Shown: piece by piece, positions 8,677-16,894 of the stretch
Layout of the letters: each line of letters begins with the position of its first letter
How positions within the stretch are numbered: position 1 is the first letter of the stretch
Assembly (NCBI GenBank): GCA_964640965.1
Contig: CAZXJB010000002.1
Span: forward strand, 1 to 46,210
Origin: an uncultured Actinomycetes bacterium
GTDB lineage: Bacteria > Actinomycetota > UBA4738 > HRBIN12
Length of the DNA: 46,210 nt
Reading direction: 5' to 3'
Notes under the pieces: generated by a model
The model's input: only the letters and a program-made list of their open reading frames with translations
Databases searched by the model: none
Told to the model about the DNA's origin: nothing
Program-made: the position numbers and the translations under genes

Positions 8677-8806
8677 CGGCTAGGAGGGGCTCGACGGGTC
8701 TCCCGCGTGAACCCCTTGCCTGGAACGACCGAGGTGTTTCCGGACAAGGGGTTCACACCCACGGCCGTCGGCGGGGCCGGGAGCCGTGAAGGGGTTGACG
8801 GCGGCC
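8660..8806 (+). repeat. 147-bp direct repeat, copy 1 (100% identical to 9379..9525)
   Basis: Base-by-base comparison of the two copies at an offset of 719 bp. Contains palindrome GTCAACCCGTTGAC (8664-8677), a 50-nt imperfect hairpin (8707-8756) and several GGGTT(G/C)AC half-sites. Confidence 0.95.
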
Positions 8807-8851
8807 CTGGGAGCGGCGCGCGATCGGTGCGGCGCGCGATCGAGCGGCTGG

Positions 8852-9253
8852 CTAGGCCAGCGTGAGCTCGCTCGTGCAGTTGGGGCAGCGAGCCGCCGCG
8901 GACGGGATGTCGGTCGCGCAGAACGGGCAGGCCTTGGTAGTGACTGGCTCGTCCTCCTTCGGCGCCGGACGGTTGTAGCCCTTCACCACGAAGAACAGCA
9001 CCAGAGCCACGATGACGAAGTGCACGACGGCCGTGAGGAACGACCCGTACGGGATCACGATCTGGCCGTCGCGCTTGACGCCGAGCCCATCGAAGGACAC
9101 GGCACCGCCCGCGATGTAGCTGATCGCGCCGAGGATCACCTCGGTGAACGACATCACGACCGTGCCGAAGGCGACGCCCATGATGAACGCGACCGCGAGC
9201 TCGACCAAGTTGCCGCGCATGATGAACGTCCTGAACTCCTTGATCATGCTCAT
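8852..9253 (-). CDS. mscL: large-conductance mechanosensitive channel MscL with a C-terminal CxxC-x10-CxxC zinc-ribbon tail
   Basis: MSMIKEFRTFIMRGNLVELAVAFIMGVAFG is the MscL N-terminal signature; a second TM follows, FLTAVVHFVIVALVLFFVV. The tail is CPFCATDIPSAAARCPNC. SD GAGGAGGA abuts ATG 9253, so ATG 9247 is an alternative start. Track ORF 8852..9601 over-extends the gene. Confidence 0.85.
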   Translation of the reverse strand: MSMIKEFRTFIMRGNLVELAVAFIMGVAFGTVVMSFTEVILGAISYIAGGAVSFDGLGVKRDGQIVIPYGSFLTAVVHFVIVALVLFFVVKGYNRPAPKEDEPVTTKACPFCATDIPSAAARCPNCTSELTLA

Positions 9254-9378
9254 CCTCCTCGCGGAAGATCCCCATCGCCCGCGACGCGCGGCGCGTGATC
9301 CGTCGGCAGCCCCCCAGCAACGACCGCCCAGGCTACACGTCCTACCCCTGCCGCCGAGCGAGCTCCACCTGCTCCCCA

Positions 9379-9525
9379 CCGCGTCAACCCGTTGACGGCT
9401 AGGAGGGGCTCGACGGGTCTCCCGCGTGAACCCCTTGCCTGGAACGACCGAGGTGTTTCCGGACAAGGGGTTCACACCCACGGCCGTCGGCGGGGCCGGG
9501 AGCCGTGAAGGGGTTGACGGCGGCC
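9379..9525 (+). repeat. 147-bp direct repeat, copy 2
   Basis: Identical to 8660..8806. It ends 5 nt before a TATACT box and 38 nt before tRNA-Glu. Confidence 0.95.
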
Positions 9526-9529
9526 GCGC

Positions 9530-9535
9530 TATACT
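9530..9535 (+). promoter_or_regulatory. candidate -10 box (TATACT) for the tRNA-Glu/Asp/Phe operon
   Basis: A rare AT-rich hexamer in GC-rich DNA, 27 nt upstream of tRNA-Glu. No convincing -35: the nearby TTGACG is only 10 nt away. Confidence 0.35.
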
Positions 9536-9562
9536 GGCCGCGCCCCCGGTGGGGGGTGCACC

Positions 9563-9635
9563 GCCCCCATCGTCTAGCGGCCTAGGATTTCGCCCTTTCA
9601 AGGCGGCGACACGGGTTCGAATCCCGTTGGGGGCA
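9563..9635 (+). tRNA. tRNA-Glu (anticodon TTC)
   Basis: Acceptor GCCCCCA/TGGGGGC, anticodon arm TCGCC-CTTTCAA-GGCGG, T-loop GGTTCGAATCC. Closely resembles canonical bacterial tRNA-Glu. Confidence 0.9.
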
Positions 9636-9654
9636 CGACAACCGAAGAGCGCAC

Positions 9655-9729
9655 GCGGCTGTGGAGGAGCCTGGAGTCCTCATCGCCCTGTCAAGGCGAA
9701 GATCGCGGGTTCGAAGCCCGTCAGCCGCG
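9655..9729 (+). tRNA. tRNA-Asp (anticodon GTC)
   Basis: Acceptor GCGGCTG/CAGCCGC, D-arm GAGG..CCTC, anticodon arm TCGCC-CTGTCAA-GGCGA, T-arm GCGGG-TTCGAAG-CCCGT. Confidence 0.88.
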
Positions 9730-9733
9730 CGAG

Positions 9734-9806
9734 GGCGAGGTAGCTCAGTTGGCAGAGCACGCGGCTGAAAACCGCGGTGTCGGCGGTTCGATCCCGCCCC
9801 TCGCCA
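9734..9806 (+). tRNA. tRNA-Phe (anticodon GAA)
   Basis: Acceptor GGCGAGG/CCTCGCC, GTAGCTCAGTTGGCAGAGC D-arm, anticodon loop CTGAAAA, T-loop GGTTCGATCC. Confidence 0.9.
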
Positions 9807-9818
9807 CCTCCCCGATGC

Positions 9819-10622
9819 TCAGTTGAGGCCTTCGCGTCCCCGGACCTCGGCCCAGCGACCGAGCACGGCCTGGTACAGCTCGACGGGACGGCCGAGGTCG
9901 CCGGCGGCGAGCGCGGCGATCGCCTCCTGGATGTCCCGCACGCTCCGGTCGTCGTCCAGCTCGTCCCAGCTGAGGAACGCGCACAGGCCGCCGTAGTCGA
10001 GCTCGACGAGCGCGTGCGGGTCGAAGAGCGCGAGCCACTGGTGGAGCTCCACGATCGCTTCCGCCACCTGTCCGAGGTCGGTCCCCCGCAGGACCGGCAC
10101 GGCGCGCTCGGCGCGGCGCATCGCGCGACGGGCGGTCGTGAGGTAGGACAGGTGGTGCCGGCCGTCCCGCTCGAGGATCCGGCGCTCCTCGTCGTCGAAG
10201 AGCACGAACCACCGGACCGGCACGTGCCACGGGCTCTGCATGAGGCTCGCCACCGCGGCAGGGTCCCGGCGGCGCAGGCGCCGGAGCTCGCGCCTGGCGC
10301 GCTTCACCAGGCCCGGAGTGAGGAACGCCTCGGACCCCTCGAAGGGCCGAGCCTCGGCGAAGGCGAGGATCCCCGCGAGGGTGCGCATGCGCGTGCGGAG
10401 CGGACAGACGTAGTAGGCGCCGTCGAGGAGCTTCACGTACGCGCCCTCGTCCTCGGCCGGCACGAGGAGCCCCAGCCCCGAGCCGGCCGAGACCTGTCGG
10501 TACAGCGGCAGCGGCGGGCGGACCATGCCGCCCGCGAGGATGTAGCGCTCCCAGCGCGCGCGCTCGACCGCGGGGAACGCCTCGAGCGGCTGGTACACGC
10601 GCAGCTCGGCCGAGGGGACCAT
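9819..10622 (-). CDS. conserved-looking hypothetical protein
   Basis: Track ORF 9819..10679. High GC3 with non-repetitive composition (MVPSAELRVYQPLEAF...SPWHVPVRWFVLFDDEERRILE...). ATG 10622 is preferred over GTG 10679. No family recognised. Confidence 0.65.
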   Translation of the reverse strand: MVPSAELRVYQPLEAFPAVERARWERYILAGGMVRPPLPLYRQVSAGSGLGLLVPAEDEGAYVKLLDGAYYVCPLRTRMRTLAGILAFAEARPFEGSEAFLTPGLVKRARRELRRLRRRDPAAVASLMQSPWHVPVRWFVLFDDEERRILERDGRHHLSYLTTARRAMRRAERAVPVLRGTDLGQVAEAIVELHQWLALFDPHALVELDYGGLCAFLSWDELDDDRSVRDIQEAIAALAAGDLGRPVELYQAVLGRWAEVRGREGLN

Positions 10623-10694
10623 GGCGCCCGAGTCTACCTGCCTCCGCAGCGTCGCCTCTGTGGGCACGGCGGCGAGCACGGCCCGTTCGCGCCC

Positions 10695-11018
10695 CTACGA
10701 TCGCGAGCGGCGGCGCGAGAGGCCGAGGGAGATCAGCAGGAGGATGAGGGAGGGCACGTAGAGCCAGCCGACCGAGGCGGCCGCGAGGGCGGATGCGAGC
10801 GTCAGGAGCACCGCGGCCGCGACGAGCGCAGCTTGCCGGTCGGAGCGGGCCACCGTGAGTGCGGAGGCCAGCGCACCGGAAACCAGGACCAGGGAGTTCA
10901 GGGGATCGAACCCGGGACCGTTGACCACCACGAGGATCAGTAATGCGACCGTGACGACCGCCGCCAAGGCGCCAGCGGACAGCGCGACCGCCCTGGCCGA
11001 CCCCCTCACCCCCAGCAT
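10695..11018 (-). CDS. small hydrophobic membrane protein (3 predicted TM), hypothetical
   Basis: The 107-aa ORF is almost entirely A/L/V/G helices and ends in RRRSRS. No family recognised. Confidence 0.5.
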   Translation of the reverse strand: MLGVRGSARAVALSAGALAAVVTVALLILVVVNGPGFDPLNSLVLVSGALASALTVARSDRQAALVAAAVLLTLASALAAASVGWLYVPSLILLLISLGLSRRRSRS

Positions 11019-11083
11019 CCTCGCCCCCCTCTCTCAGCGTCCTCCGCGGCACGCACCGGCCGCCCGCGGATCTCCCGCGGGCA

Positions 11084-11596
11084 TCACTCGGACGGTGACG
11101 CGTTCCGGGTGAGAGCGGTACACGACCCGGTGCTCGGTGAGAGGCACGGCTTGCTACCTGACCCCCCCGCCGGGTCCGTCCACGCCGTGTCGCTCGTGAT
11201 CTCGGGTGTAACCCATCCGTCCCCAGGGGGCTTGGATGCGCCGGGCGCCGAAACACCCTTGATCTCGATGGACTCGATGATGAGACGACAAGCTTCATCG
11301 AAGCTCGTCGTGACGCTCACCGAGCCGACGTCCGGATCCGACACATCGGTCCGCACGCCAAGCCCGCCACCGGGGAGCACGCACGACCCACCCGCATCTG
11401 GGATCGCGCCGACGTCGAGCACTTGGCCCTCGTGCACCGACATCCTGCCTGACCGCGGTCCGCCCGTCTGCACGTAGACGGTTACCCCCTTCATGTCAGG
11501 CGCCGCATCCACGGCCCCCCGGACGGGCACTGCGGTGAGCGCTGTGCCGATCAACGCGACACAGGCCCCAGCGGCTGCGGCGATCCACCTCCGCAT
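11084..11596 (-). CDS. secreted hypothetical protein
   Basis: Signal peptide MRRWIAAAAGACVALIGTALTAVPVRGAV; ATG 11596 follows a GGGGGG run. Visibly lower GC3 than its neighbours (codons GGT, GTT, ACA, TCA, GCA, CCT). Confidence 0.55.
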   Translation of the reverse strand: MRRWIAAAAGACVALIGTALTAVPVRGAVDAAPDMKGVTVYVQTGGPRSGRMSVHEGQVLDVGAIPDAGGSCVLPGGGLGVRTDVSDPDVGSVSVTTSFDEACRLIIESIEIKGVSAPGASKPPGDGWVTPEITSDTAWTDPAGGSGSKPCLSPSTGSCTALTRNASPSE

Positions 11597-11783
11597 GCCG
11601 ACCACCCCCCTTCACGGTTCCACTTTGACACTACGTCCCCCCGAGCCTGTCAAGCGTCAGGCTGGCCGCGCACCGATGCCCAAGGACCCCAGGATGCGGC
11701 TTGGGTCGCGATGCGACCCGATGTGTGAAAGGCCGGAACGGGTAGCATCCGCGGAAACGTGGCCGGGTGGGGTACATGGCAGG

Positions 11784-12848
11784 ATGAGCACAGCCGAGCC
11801 GAACGACGGGTTCCCGACGCTGCGGTGCCTCGCGCCCGACGGCTCCCCCGTGGGGGACACCGACGTCGGGCTCTCGGAGGAGGAGCTCCGCGGGCTCCTG
11901 CGCTGGATGCTCCTCGCCCGGCGCCTGGACCGCGAGTGCATGGCGCTCCAACGCCAGGGCGAGCTCACGGTCTACCCGCCCTTCGAGGGGCAGGAGGCGG
12001 CCCAGGTGGGGAGCGCCGCGGCGCTCGGGCCGCGGGACATGGTCTTCCCCTCGTTCCGGGAGCTCGCCGCCGCGATCGTCCGCGGCGTCGACGCCGTCAC
12101 CTACCTGCAGTACCACCGCGGGACCTGGCACGGCGGCCCGTACGACCCGATCGCGACCGGGTTCGCGCCGATCTGCGTCCCCGTCGCCACGCAGATCGTG
12201 CACGCCGTCGGGTGGGCGCTCGGGGCCAAGCTCGACGGCCGCGACGCGTGCGCGCTCGCGTACTTCGGCGACGGCGCGGCCTCCGAGGGCGACTTCCACG
12301 AGGCGGCGAACCTCGCCGCGGTCTTCCGGGTCCCGGCGGTGCTCCTCTGCCAGAACAACGGCTGGGCGATCTCGGTGCCCTCGCGCGAGCAGTTCGCGGC
12401 ACCGATCGCCGCCCGCGCGGCGGGCTACGGCATGCCAGGGGTCCGCGTGGACGGCAACGACGTGCTCGCGGTCTACCGGGCGACGCGGGAGGCGGTCGAG
12501 CGGGCCCGCGCCGGCGAGGGCCCGAGCCTCATCGAGGCCCTCACCTACCGGGTCGGGCCCCACACGACGGCCGACGACCCCTCGCGGTACCGGGACGAGG
12601 CCGAGGTCGAGCGCTGGCGGGCGCTCGACCCGATCGAGCGGTACCGGCGGTACCTCGAGCGCTCCGGCCTCGCCGACCCCGGGTTCGCCGCGGCGTGCGA
12701 GGCCGAGACCGAGGAGTGGGTCGGCCGGGTCCGGGCCGAGCTCGTCGCGCTCGGGGCGCCGCCCGCCTCGGAGGTCTTCGACCACGTCTTCGCCGACCCC
12801 CCGGCGAGCCTGCTGCGGCAGCGGGCGGAGGCGCTCGGCGATGCCTGA
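11784..12848 (+). CDS. 2-oxoacid dehydrogenase E1 component alpha subunit (TPP-dependent; BCKDH/PDH type)
   Basis: MSTAEPNDGFPTLRCLAPDG...YFGDGAASEGDFHEAANLAAVFRVPAVLLCQNNGWAIS is the TPP-binding signature. In frame with track ORF 11493..12848; ATG 11784 chosen. Confidence 0.9.
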   Translation: MSTAEPNDGFPTLRCLAPDGSPVGDTDVGLSEEELRGLLRWMLLARRLDRECMALQRQGELTVYPPFEGQEAAQVGSAAALGPRDMVFPSFRELAAAIVRGVDAVTYLQYHRGTWHGGPYDPIATGFAPICVPVATQIVHAVGWALGAKLDGRDACALAYFGDGAASEGDFHEAANLAAVFRVPAVLLCQNNGWAISVPSREQFAAPIAARAAGYGMPGVRVDGNDVLAVYRATREAVERARAGEGPSLIEALTYRVGPHTTADDPSRYRDEAEVERWRALDPIERYRRYLERSGLADPGFAAACEAETEEWVGRVRAELVALGAPPASEVFDHVFADPPASLLRQRAEALGDA

Positions 12849-13815
12849 GGTCACGATGGTGGCCGCGCTCAACGCGGCGCTCCGGGACGCCCTCGCCGCC
12901 GATCCCCGCGTGCTCGTCTTCGGCGAGGACGTCGGGGAGCTCGGGGGCGTGTTCCGGGTCACCCAAGGACTCCAGGAGGCGTTCGGGCGCGAACGGGTCT
13001 TCGACACGCCGATCTCCGAGTCCGGCATCGCGGGGATGTGCGTCGGCCTGGCGATGGCCGGCTGGCGCCCGGTCGCCGAGATGCAGTTCGACGGCTTCAG
13101 CTACCCCGCCCTCGACCAGATCATCAGCCACGTCGCGAAGTACCGGGAGCGGACGCGGGGCCGCGTGGGGATGCCGGTCACGATCCGGATCCCATCCTTC
13201 GGCGGGATCCGGGGCAAGGAGCACCACGGCGAGAGCCCGGAGACGTACTACGTCCACACCGCCGGGCTGAAGGTCGTCGCGCCCTCGGACCCGCTCGACG
13301 CGTACCGACTGCTGCGGCTCGCGATCGCCGACCCCGACCCGGTCATCGTGCTCGAGGCGAAGTCCCGCTACTGGTCGAAGGCCACGGGCGAGCTCACGAC
13401 CGACGGCCCGGGCATCGGCCGGGCGCGCGTGCTGCGCGAGGGCTCCTCGTGCGTGCTCGTCTCCTACGGCGCGATGGTGGCCCGCTGCCTCGAGGCCGCG
13501 GCCGCGCTCGAGGCCGAGGGCATCTCCTGCACGGTCCTCGACCTGCGCTCGCTCTCACCCCTGGACCTCGAGACGCTCGGCGAGGCCGTGCGCGCCGTCG
13601 GCCGGGCGGTCGTGGTCCACGAGGCCCCGCTCACGCTCGGCCTCGGCGCCGAGGTCGCGGCCCGGATCATGGAGGAGGCCTTCGACCACCTCGAGGCCCC
13701 GGTCCGCCGCGTGACGGGCTTCGACGTGCCGTACCCGCCCGCCTCGCTCGAGGGGGTCTACCTGCCGAGCGTCGAGCGGATCGCCCGCGCGGTCAGGGAG
13801 GTCGTGGCGTACTGA
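12841..13815 (+). CDS. 2-oxoacid dehydrogenase E1 component beta subunit
   Basis: VTMVAALNAALRDALAADPRVLVFGEDVG..GGVFRVTQGL...FDTPISESGIAG. Its start overlaps the alpha-subunit stop by 8 nt. Confidence 0.93.
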   Translation: MPEVTMVAALNAALRDALAADPRVLVFGEDVGELGGVFRVTQGLQEAFGRERVFDTPISESGIAGMCVGLAMAGWRPVAEMQFDGFSYPALDQIISHVAKYRERTRGRVGMPVTIRIPSFGGIRGKEHHGESPETYYVHTAGLKVVAPSDPLDAYRLLRLAIADPDPVIVLEAKSRYWSKATGELTTDGPGIGRARVLREGSSCVLVSYGAMVARCLEAAAALEAEGISCTVLDLRSLSPLDLETLGEAVRAVGRAVVVHEAPLTLGLGAEVAARIMEEAFDHLEAPVRRVTGFDVPYPPASLEGVYLPSVERIARAVREVVAY

Positions 13816-15023
13816 TGGCCGAGCGCGTCTTCCGCCTGCCGGACCTCGGCGAGGGTCTCGAGGAGGCCGAGATCGCGAGCTGGCTCGTGGCCGAGGGGGA
13901 CGAGGTCGCGCTGAACCAGCCCCTCGTCGAGGTCGAGACCGCGAAGGCCGTCGTCGAGATCCCCTCGCCGGTCGCCGGGCGCGTGACCCGGCTCCACGCC
14001 GCCGTCGGCCAGGCGATCCGGGTACGTGAGCCGCTCGTCACGTTCGAGGCCGAGGAGGCGGGCGGGGGCGCCGGGGCTCCGCTCCCGGGGCCCCGGCGCG
14101 ACGCCGGAACGGCCGAGCCCACCACCGGAGGGCACGGCGTCGCGCCGCCCGACCCGCTCCGCCCCGGCGCCCCCGCCGCTGCCACCCCCGCGGTCCGCGC
14201 GCTCGCCAAACGCCTCGGCGTGGACCTCGCGTCCGTCCGCGGTACCGGCCCCGGCGGGCGCATCACGCGGGAGGACGTCGAGGCCGCCGCCCGCACCGCC
14301 GGGCCCGGGGCCGGCCCCGAGGCGGAGGCCGTCGCCCCCGCCGCGGCCGAGGTCGAGGTCCTTCCGATCTCGCCCGTGCGCCGCGCGATCGCCGAGAACC
14401 TGGCCCGGGTCGTCCGCGAGGTGCCCCAGGTCACGACCTGGCGCACGGTCGACTGCACGGCGCTCGAGGCCTTCCGCGCCGAGCTCGGCCTCTCGCCCCT
14501 GCCGATCCTCGTGCGGGCCCTCGCCGAGATCTGCCGCGACCACCCCTTCTTGAACGGCTCCTACCGGGCCGACCTCGGCGAGATCCACCTGCACCGCCGG
14601 GTCCACGTCGGCATCGCCACGGACACCGAGCGCGGCCTCCTCGTGCCCGTCGTCCGGGACGTCGGCGCGCTCGGCATCGGCGAGGTCGCCGCGGAGATCG
14701 CGCGGCTGGCCGAGGCCGCCCGCGCCGGCCGCCTCGCCCCCGCGGACATGGCGGGCGGCACGATCACCGTCACCAACACCGGCTCCTACGGCTCGGAGGC
14801 CGGCACGCCCATCCTCAACCCGCCGCAGGGAGCGATCCTCGCGCTCGGCGCCATCCGGCCCCGGGCGCTCGTCGTCGAGGGACGCGTCGAGGCCCGTCCC
14901 GCCTGCACCCTCAGCCTCACCTTCGACCACCGCCTCCTCGACGGGGCCACCGCGGGCCGGGCGCTCGGCGCCCTCGTCGACCTCCTCGAGGACCCCGAGC
15001 GCCTGCGGGCGCTGCCCCGCTGA
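13815..15023 (+). CDS. dihydrolipoamide acyltransferase E2
   Basis: Lipoyl domain [20 protein letters not shown]...[15 protein letters not shown], subunit-binding domain [33 protein letters not shown], and catalytic [13 protein letters not shown]. The ATG overlaps the E1-beta TGA. Confidence 0.92.
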   Translation: MAERVFRLPDLGEGLEEAEIASWLVAEGDEVALNQPLVEVETAKAVVEIPSPVAGRVTRLHAAVGQAIRVREPLVTFEAEEAGGGAGAPLPGPRRDAGTAEPTTGGHGVAPPDPLRPGAPAAATPAVRALAKRLGVDLASVRGTGPGGRITREDVEAAARTAGPGAGPEAEAVAPAAAEVEVLPISPVRRAIAENLARVVREVPQVTTWRTVDCTALEAFRAELGLSPLPILVRALAEICRDHPFLNGSYRADLGEIHLHRRVHVGIATDTERGLLVPVVRDVGALGIGEVAAEIARLAEAARAGRLAPADMAGGTITVTNTGSYGSEAGTPILNPPQGAILALGAIRPRALVVEGRVEARPACTLSLTFDHRLLDGATAGRALGALVDLLEDPERLRALPR

Positions 15024-15047
15024 GCCGTCCGATAGGCTTACGGCCCC

Positions 15048-15257
15048 ATGGAGCGACGGAACCTGGTCTCGCCCACCGACGTCGGCAAGCGCGTGTCGTT
15101 CCAGTTCGAGCTGCCGAACGGCTTCGTCGGGGAGGCGGTCGGCACGCTCGAGTACTACGACGAGGAGGCCGAGACCTACGTGGTCCGTCGCCGGGACGGC
15201 TCGCTCGCGCGGGTGCCGCGCCGAGGCGTCCGGTTCGGCAAGGTCGTAGCGGGCTGA
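15048..15257 (+). CDS. small hypothetical protein (69 aa)
   Basis: Clean ORF with high GC3 and no repetitive composition. No family recognised. Confidence 0.5.
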   Translation: MERRNLVSPTDVGKRVSFQFELPNGFVGEAVGTLEYYDEEAETYVVRRRDGSLARVPRRGVRFGKVVAG

Positions 15258-15289
15258 CCCGGCCCGCGCGTTCGCACGGGAGGTGTTCC

Positions 15290-15691
15290 ATGAGCGACGA
15301 GCTGCCCACCGCGTTCATCCGTCTCCGCCTCGGCTCCGAGGACGCCCACTACGGCGGCGGCCTCGTGGCCGGCGCGACGCAGCTCAAGATCATCGGCGAC
15401 CTCATCACCGAGCTCGCCATGCGCTACGACGGCGACGAGGGCCTGTTCCGGGCCTACGAGTCGGTCGAGTTCCTCGCGCCGCTGTACGCGGGGGACTGGA
15501 TCGAGGCCAAGGGACGGATGATCCGGGTCGGCAACACCTCGCGCACGTGCGAGTTCGAGGTCTGGAAGGTGGGGCAGGCCCGCCCCGACATCTCCCCCTC
15601 GGCGGCGGAGTTCCTGGACGAGCCGATCCTCACCTGCCGCGCGGTCGGCACGACGGTCGTGCCCAAGGAGCACCAGCGCTTCCCGCACTGA
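15290..15691 (+). CDS. hotdog-fold protein (thioesterase/dehydratase-like; resembles 3-aminobutyryl-CoA ammonia-lyase-type hotdogs from memory)
   Basis: 133 aa; SD GGGAGGTG lies upstream. [35 protein letters not shown] is a typical hotdog central-helix/beta-sheet pattern. Confidence 0.65.
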   Translation: MSDELPTAFIRLRLGSEDAHYGGGLVAGATQLKIIGDLITELAMRYDGDEGLFRAYESVEFLAPLYAGDWIEAKGRMIRVGNTSRTCEFEVWKVGQARPDISPSAAEFLDEPILTCRAVGTTVVPKEHQRFPH

Positions 15692-15706
15692 AGCGGACCG
15701 CGGGTC

Positions 15707-16399
15707 TCAAGGCCCGGCCCCCTGGTCGACGCCGTGGTCGATCCCGCTCAGCACGATGACGGGCGGAAGACCGGTTCTCGGGTTCGTTCCTGCCAGCGTG
15801 AAGTCCCACACGATGGCGGCTCGATACGTCTGTCCGTCGGCCGACTCGACGGGGCGAACGAGGGGGAAGCTCGCAGTCCAGCGGCCCTCGCTCTTCGGAC
15901 CCATGCCCCAGGCCACGCAGCCTTCGGGATCGATCTCGAAGACGCTCAGCAGCTGGCGCTCCCACGACAGGCGCTCGGCCCGTTCCTCGACGAGCCTGGC
16001 CGCCACCGCGCAGACCTCCGGGTACGCCTCGCCCGTCCCCGGCGTCGGAGGAGGCTCGAAGCCCGGCGGCAGCTCGGCGCAGACGTAGGCGTCCGGTCGC
16101 TCCGGCGAGTACGGGACGCACCCGGGCGGGGCCTCACCGTCCGTGACCCAGGTGGCCCTCTCGGTCGCGCCCGGCGAAGGCCGCGCGCCCTCGACGTAGT
16201 AGACGGGCTGGTCGCTGGAGGAGGGCCCAGGGCCCGCGTCGGCCGCTCCGAGGGCTCGGACGGCGGCGGCACCGCCACCTGCGATCACCACCGCGGCGCC
16301 CCAAAGGATCGCCACCCGTGAGAGACGCACCGTGCTCGCCTCATGCTCAAGATACCCCCCCCGCGGTGGCGTCAACCCTGGAGCTGCGTGACCGCGCAT
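15707..16399 (-). CDS. membrane-anchored/secreted hypothetical protein, Cys-containing
   Basis: N-terminal TM VAILWGAAVVIAGGGAAAV followed by a Pro-rich ectodomain with 4 Cys. The start is uncertain: ATG 16399, or an internal GTG near 16330. Confidence 0.5.
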   Translation of the reverse strand: MRGHAAPGLTPPRGGYLEHEASTVRLSRVAILWGAAVVIAGGGAAAVRALGAADAGPGPSSSDQPVYYVEGARPSPGATERATWVTDGEAPPGCVPYSPERPDAYVCAELPPGFEPPPTPGTGEAYPEVCAVAARLVEERAERLSWERQLLSVFEIDPEGCVAWGMGPKSEGRWTASFPLVRPVESADGQTYRAAIVWDFTLAGTNPRTGLPPVIVLSGIDHGVDQGAGP

Positions 16400-16501
16400 G
16401 TCCGCGGACCTGCCGACGGGGTGCTCCCGGAGCGCCGGCCGGAGCCCTCACCGACCGTCCACCCCAACGCGGAGGCCGAGGGCACCACGAGAGGGATGCA
16501 A

Positions 16502-16894
16502 TCATGCCGGCCGGTCCAGCGTGCGGAGGAGGTCGAGCAGGTCCTCGACGTTGAAGGGCTTGGCCACGAACGCGTCGGCGCCGAGCTCGGCCGCCTTGGC
16601 GCGGTCCCGCAGGCTCGCCCGGGCCGAGACCACCACCACCCGCGGGCGCTCCTGCTCGGGCAGGGCCTGGAGCTCCTCGAGCACGCTCCAGCCGTCCATC
16701 ACGGGCATCATCACGTCCAGCAGGACGAGGTCGGGGCGGTGCCGGCGGATCTCCTCGAGGGCGGCCCGGCCGTCGCGCGCCTCGAGGGTCTGGTAGCCCT
16801 CGGCCTCGAGGCTGAACCGGAGCATCCAGACGACCTGGGGCTCGTCGTCCACGACGAGCACGCTCGTGGCGGTCGCGGTCTGCATCGTCCGCAT
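16502..16894 (-). CDS. stand-alone CheY-like receiver domain protein
   Basis: SVLVVDDEPQVVWML...PDLVLLDVMMPVMDGWSVL...VVVVSARAS...GADAFVAKPF carries all receiver signature positions and no output domain. ATG 16894 lies in frame within track ORF 16502..17101. Confidence 0.85.
   Translation of the reverse strand: MRTMQTATATSVLVVDDEPQVVWMLRFSLEAEGYQTLEARDGRAALEEIRRHRPDLVLLDVMMPVMDGWSVLEELQALPEQERPRVVVVSARASLRDRAKAAELGADAFVAKPFNVEDLLDLLRTLDRPA

Noticed and set aside
9300-9307. GCCGACGG (minus strand) 47 nt upstream of mscL as another sigma-28-type promoter.
   Set aside because: No nTTnAG-like box at N13-N15 (I read GCGGTC/CGGTCG). The octamer alone is expected by chance several times in 46 kb of this composition. 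The same reasoning applies to the copies near 15834, 25553, 36079 and 42680 inside coding regions.
8660-9525. The 147-bp repeats as ends of an IS element, MITE or integron cassette.
   Set aside because: They are direct, not inverted. No transposase or integrase gene is present. I can see no short target duplication outside them. Left open as a recombination or duplication footprint in the findings.
9511-9535. TTGACG ... TATACT as a complete sigma-70 promoter for the tRNA operon, with the -35 inside the 147-bp repeat.
   Set aside because: The spacer between the two hexamers is only 10 nt. I kept only the TATACT box, as a low-confidence -10.
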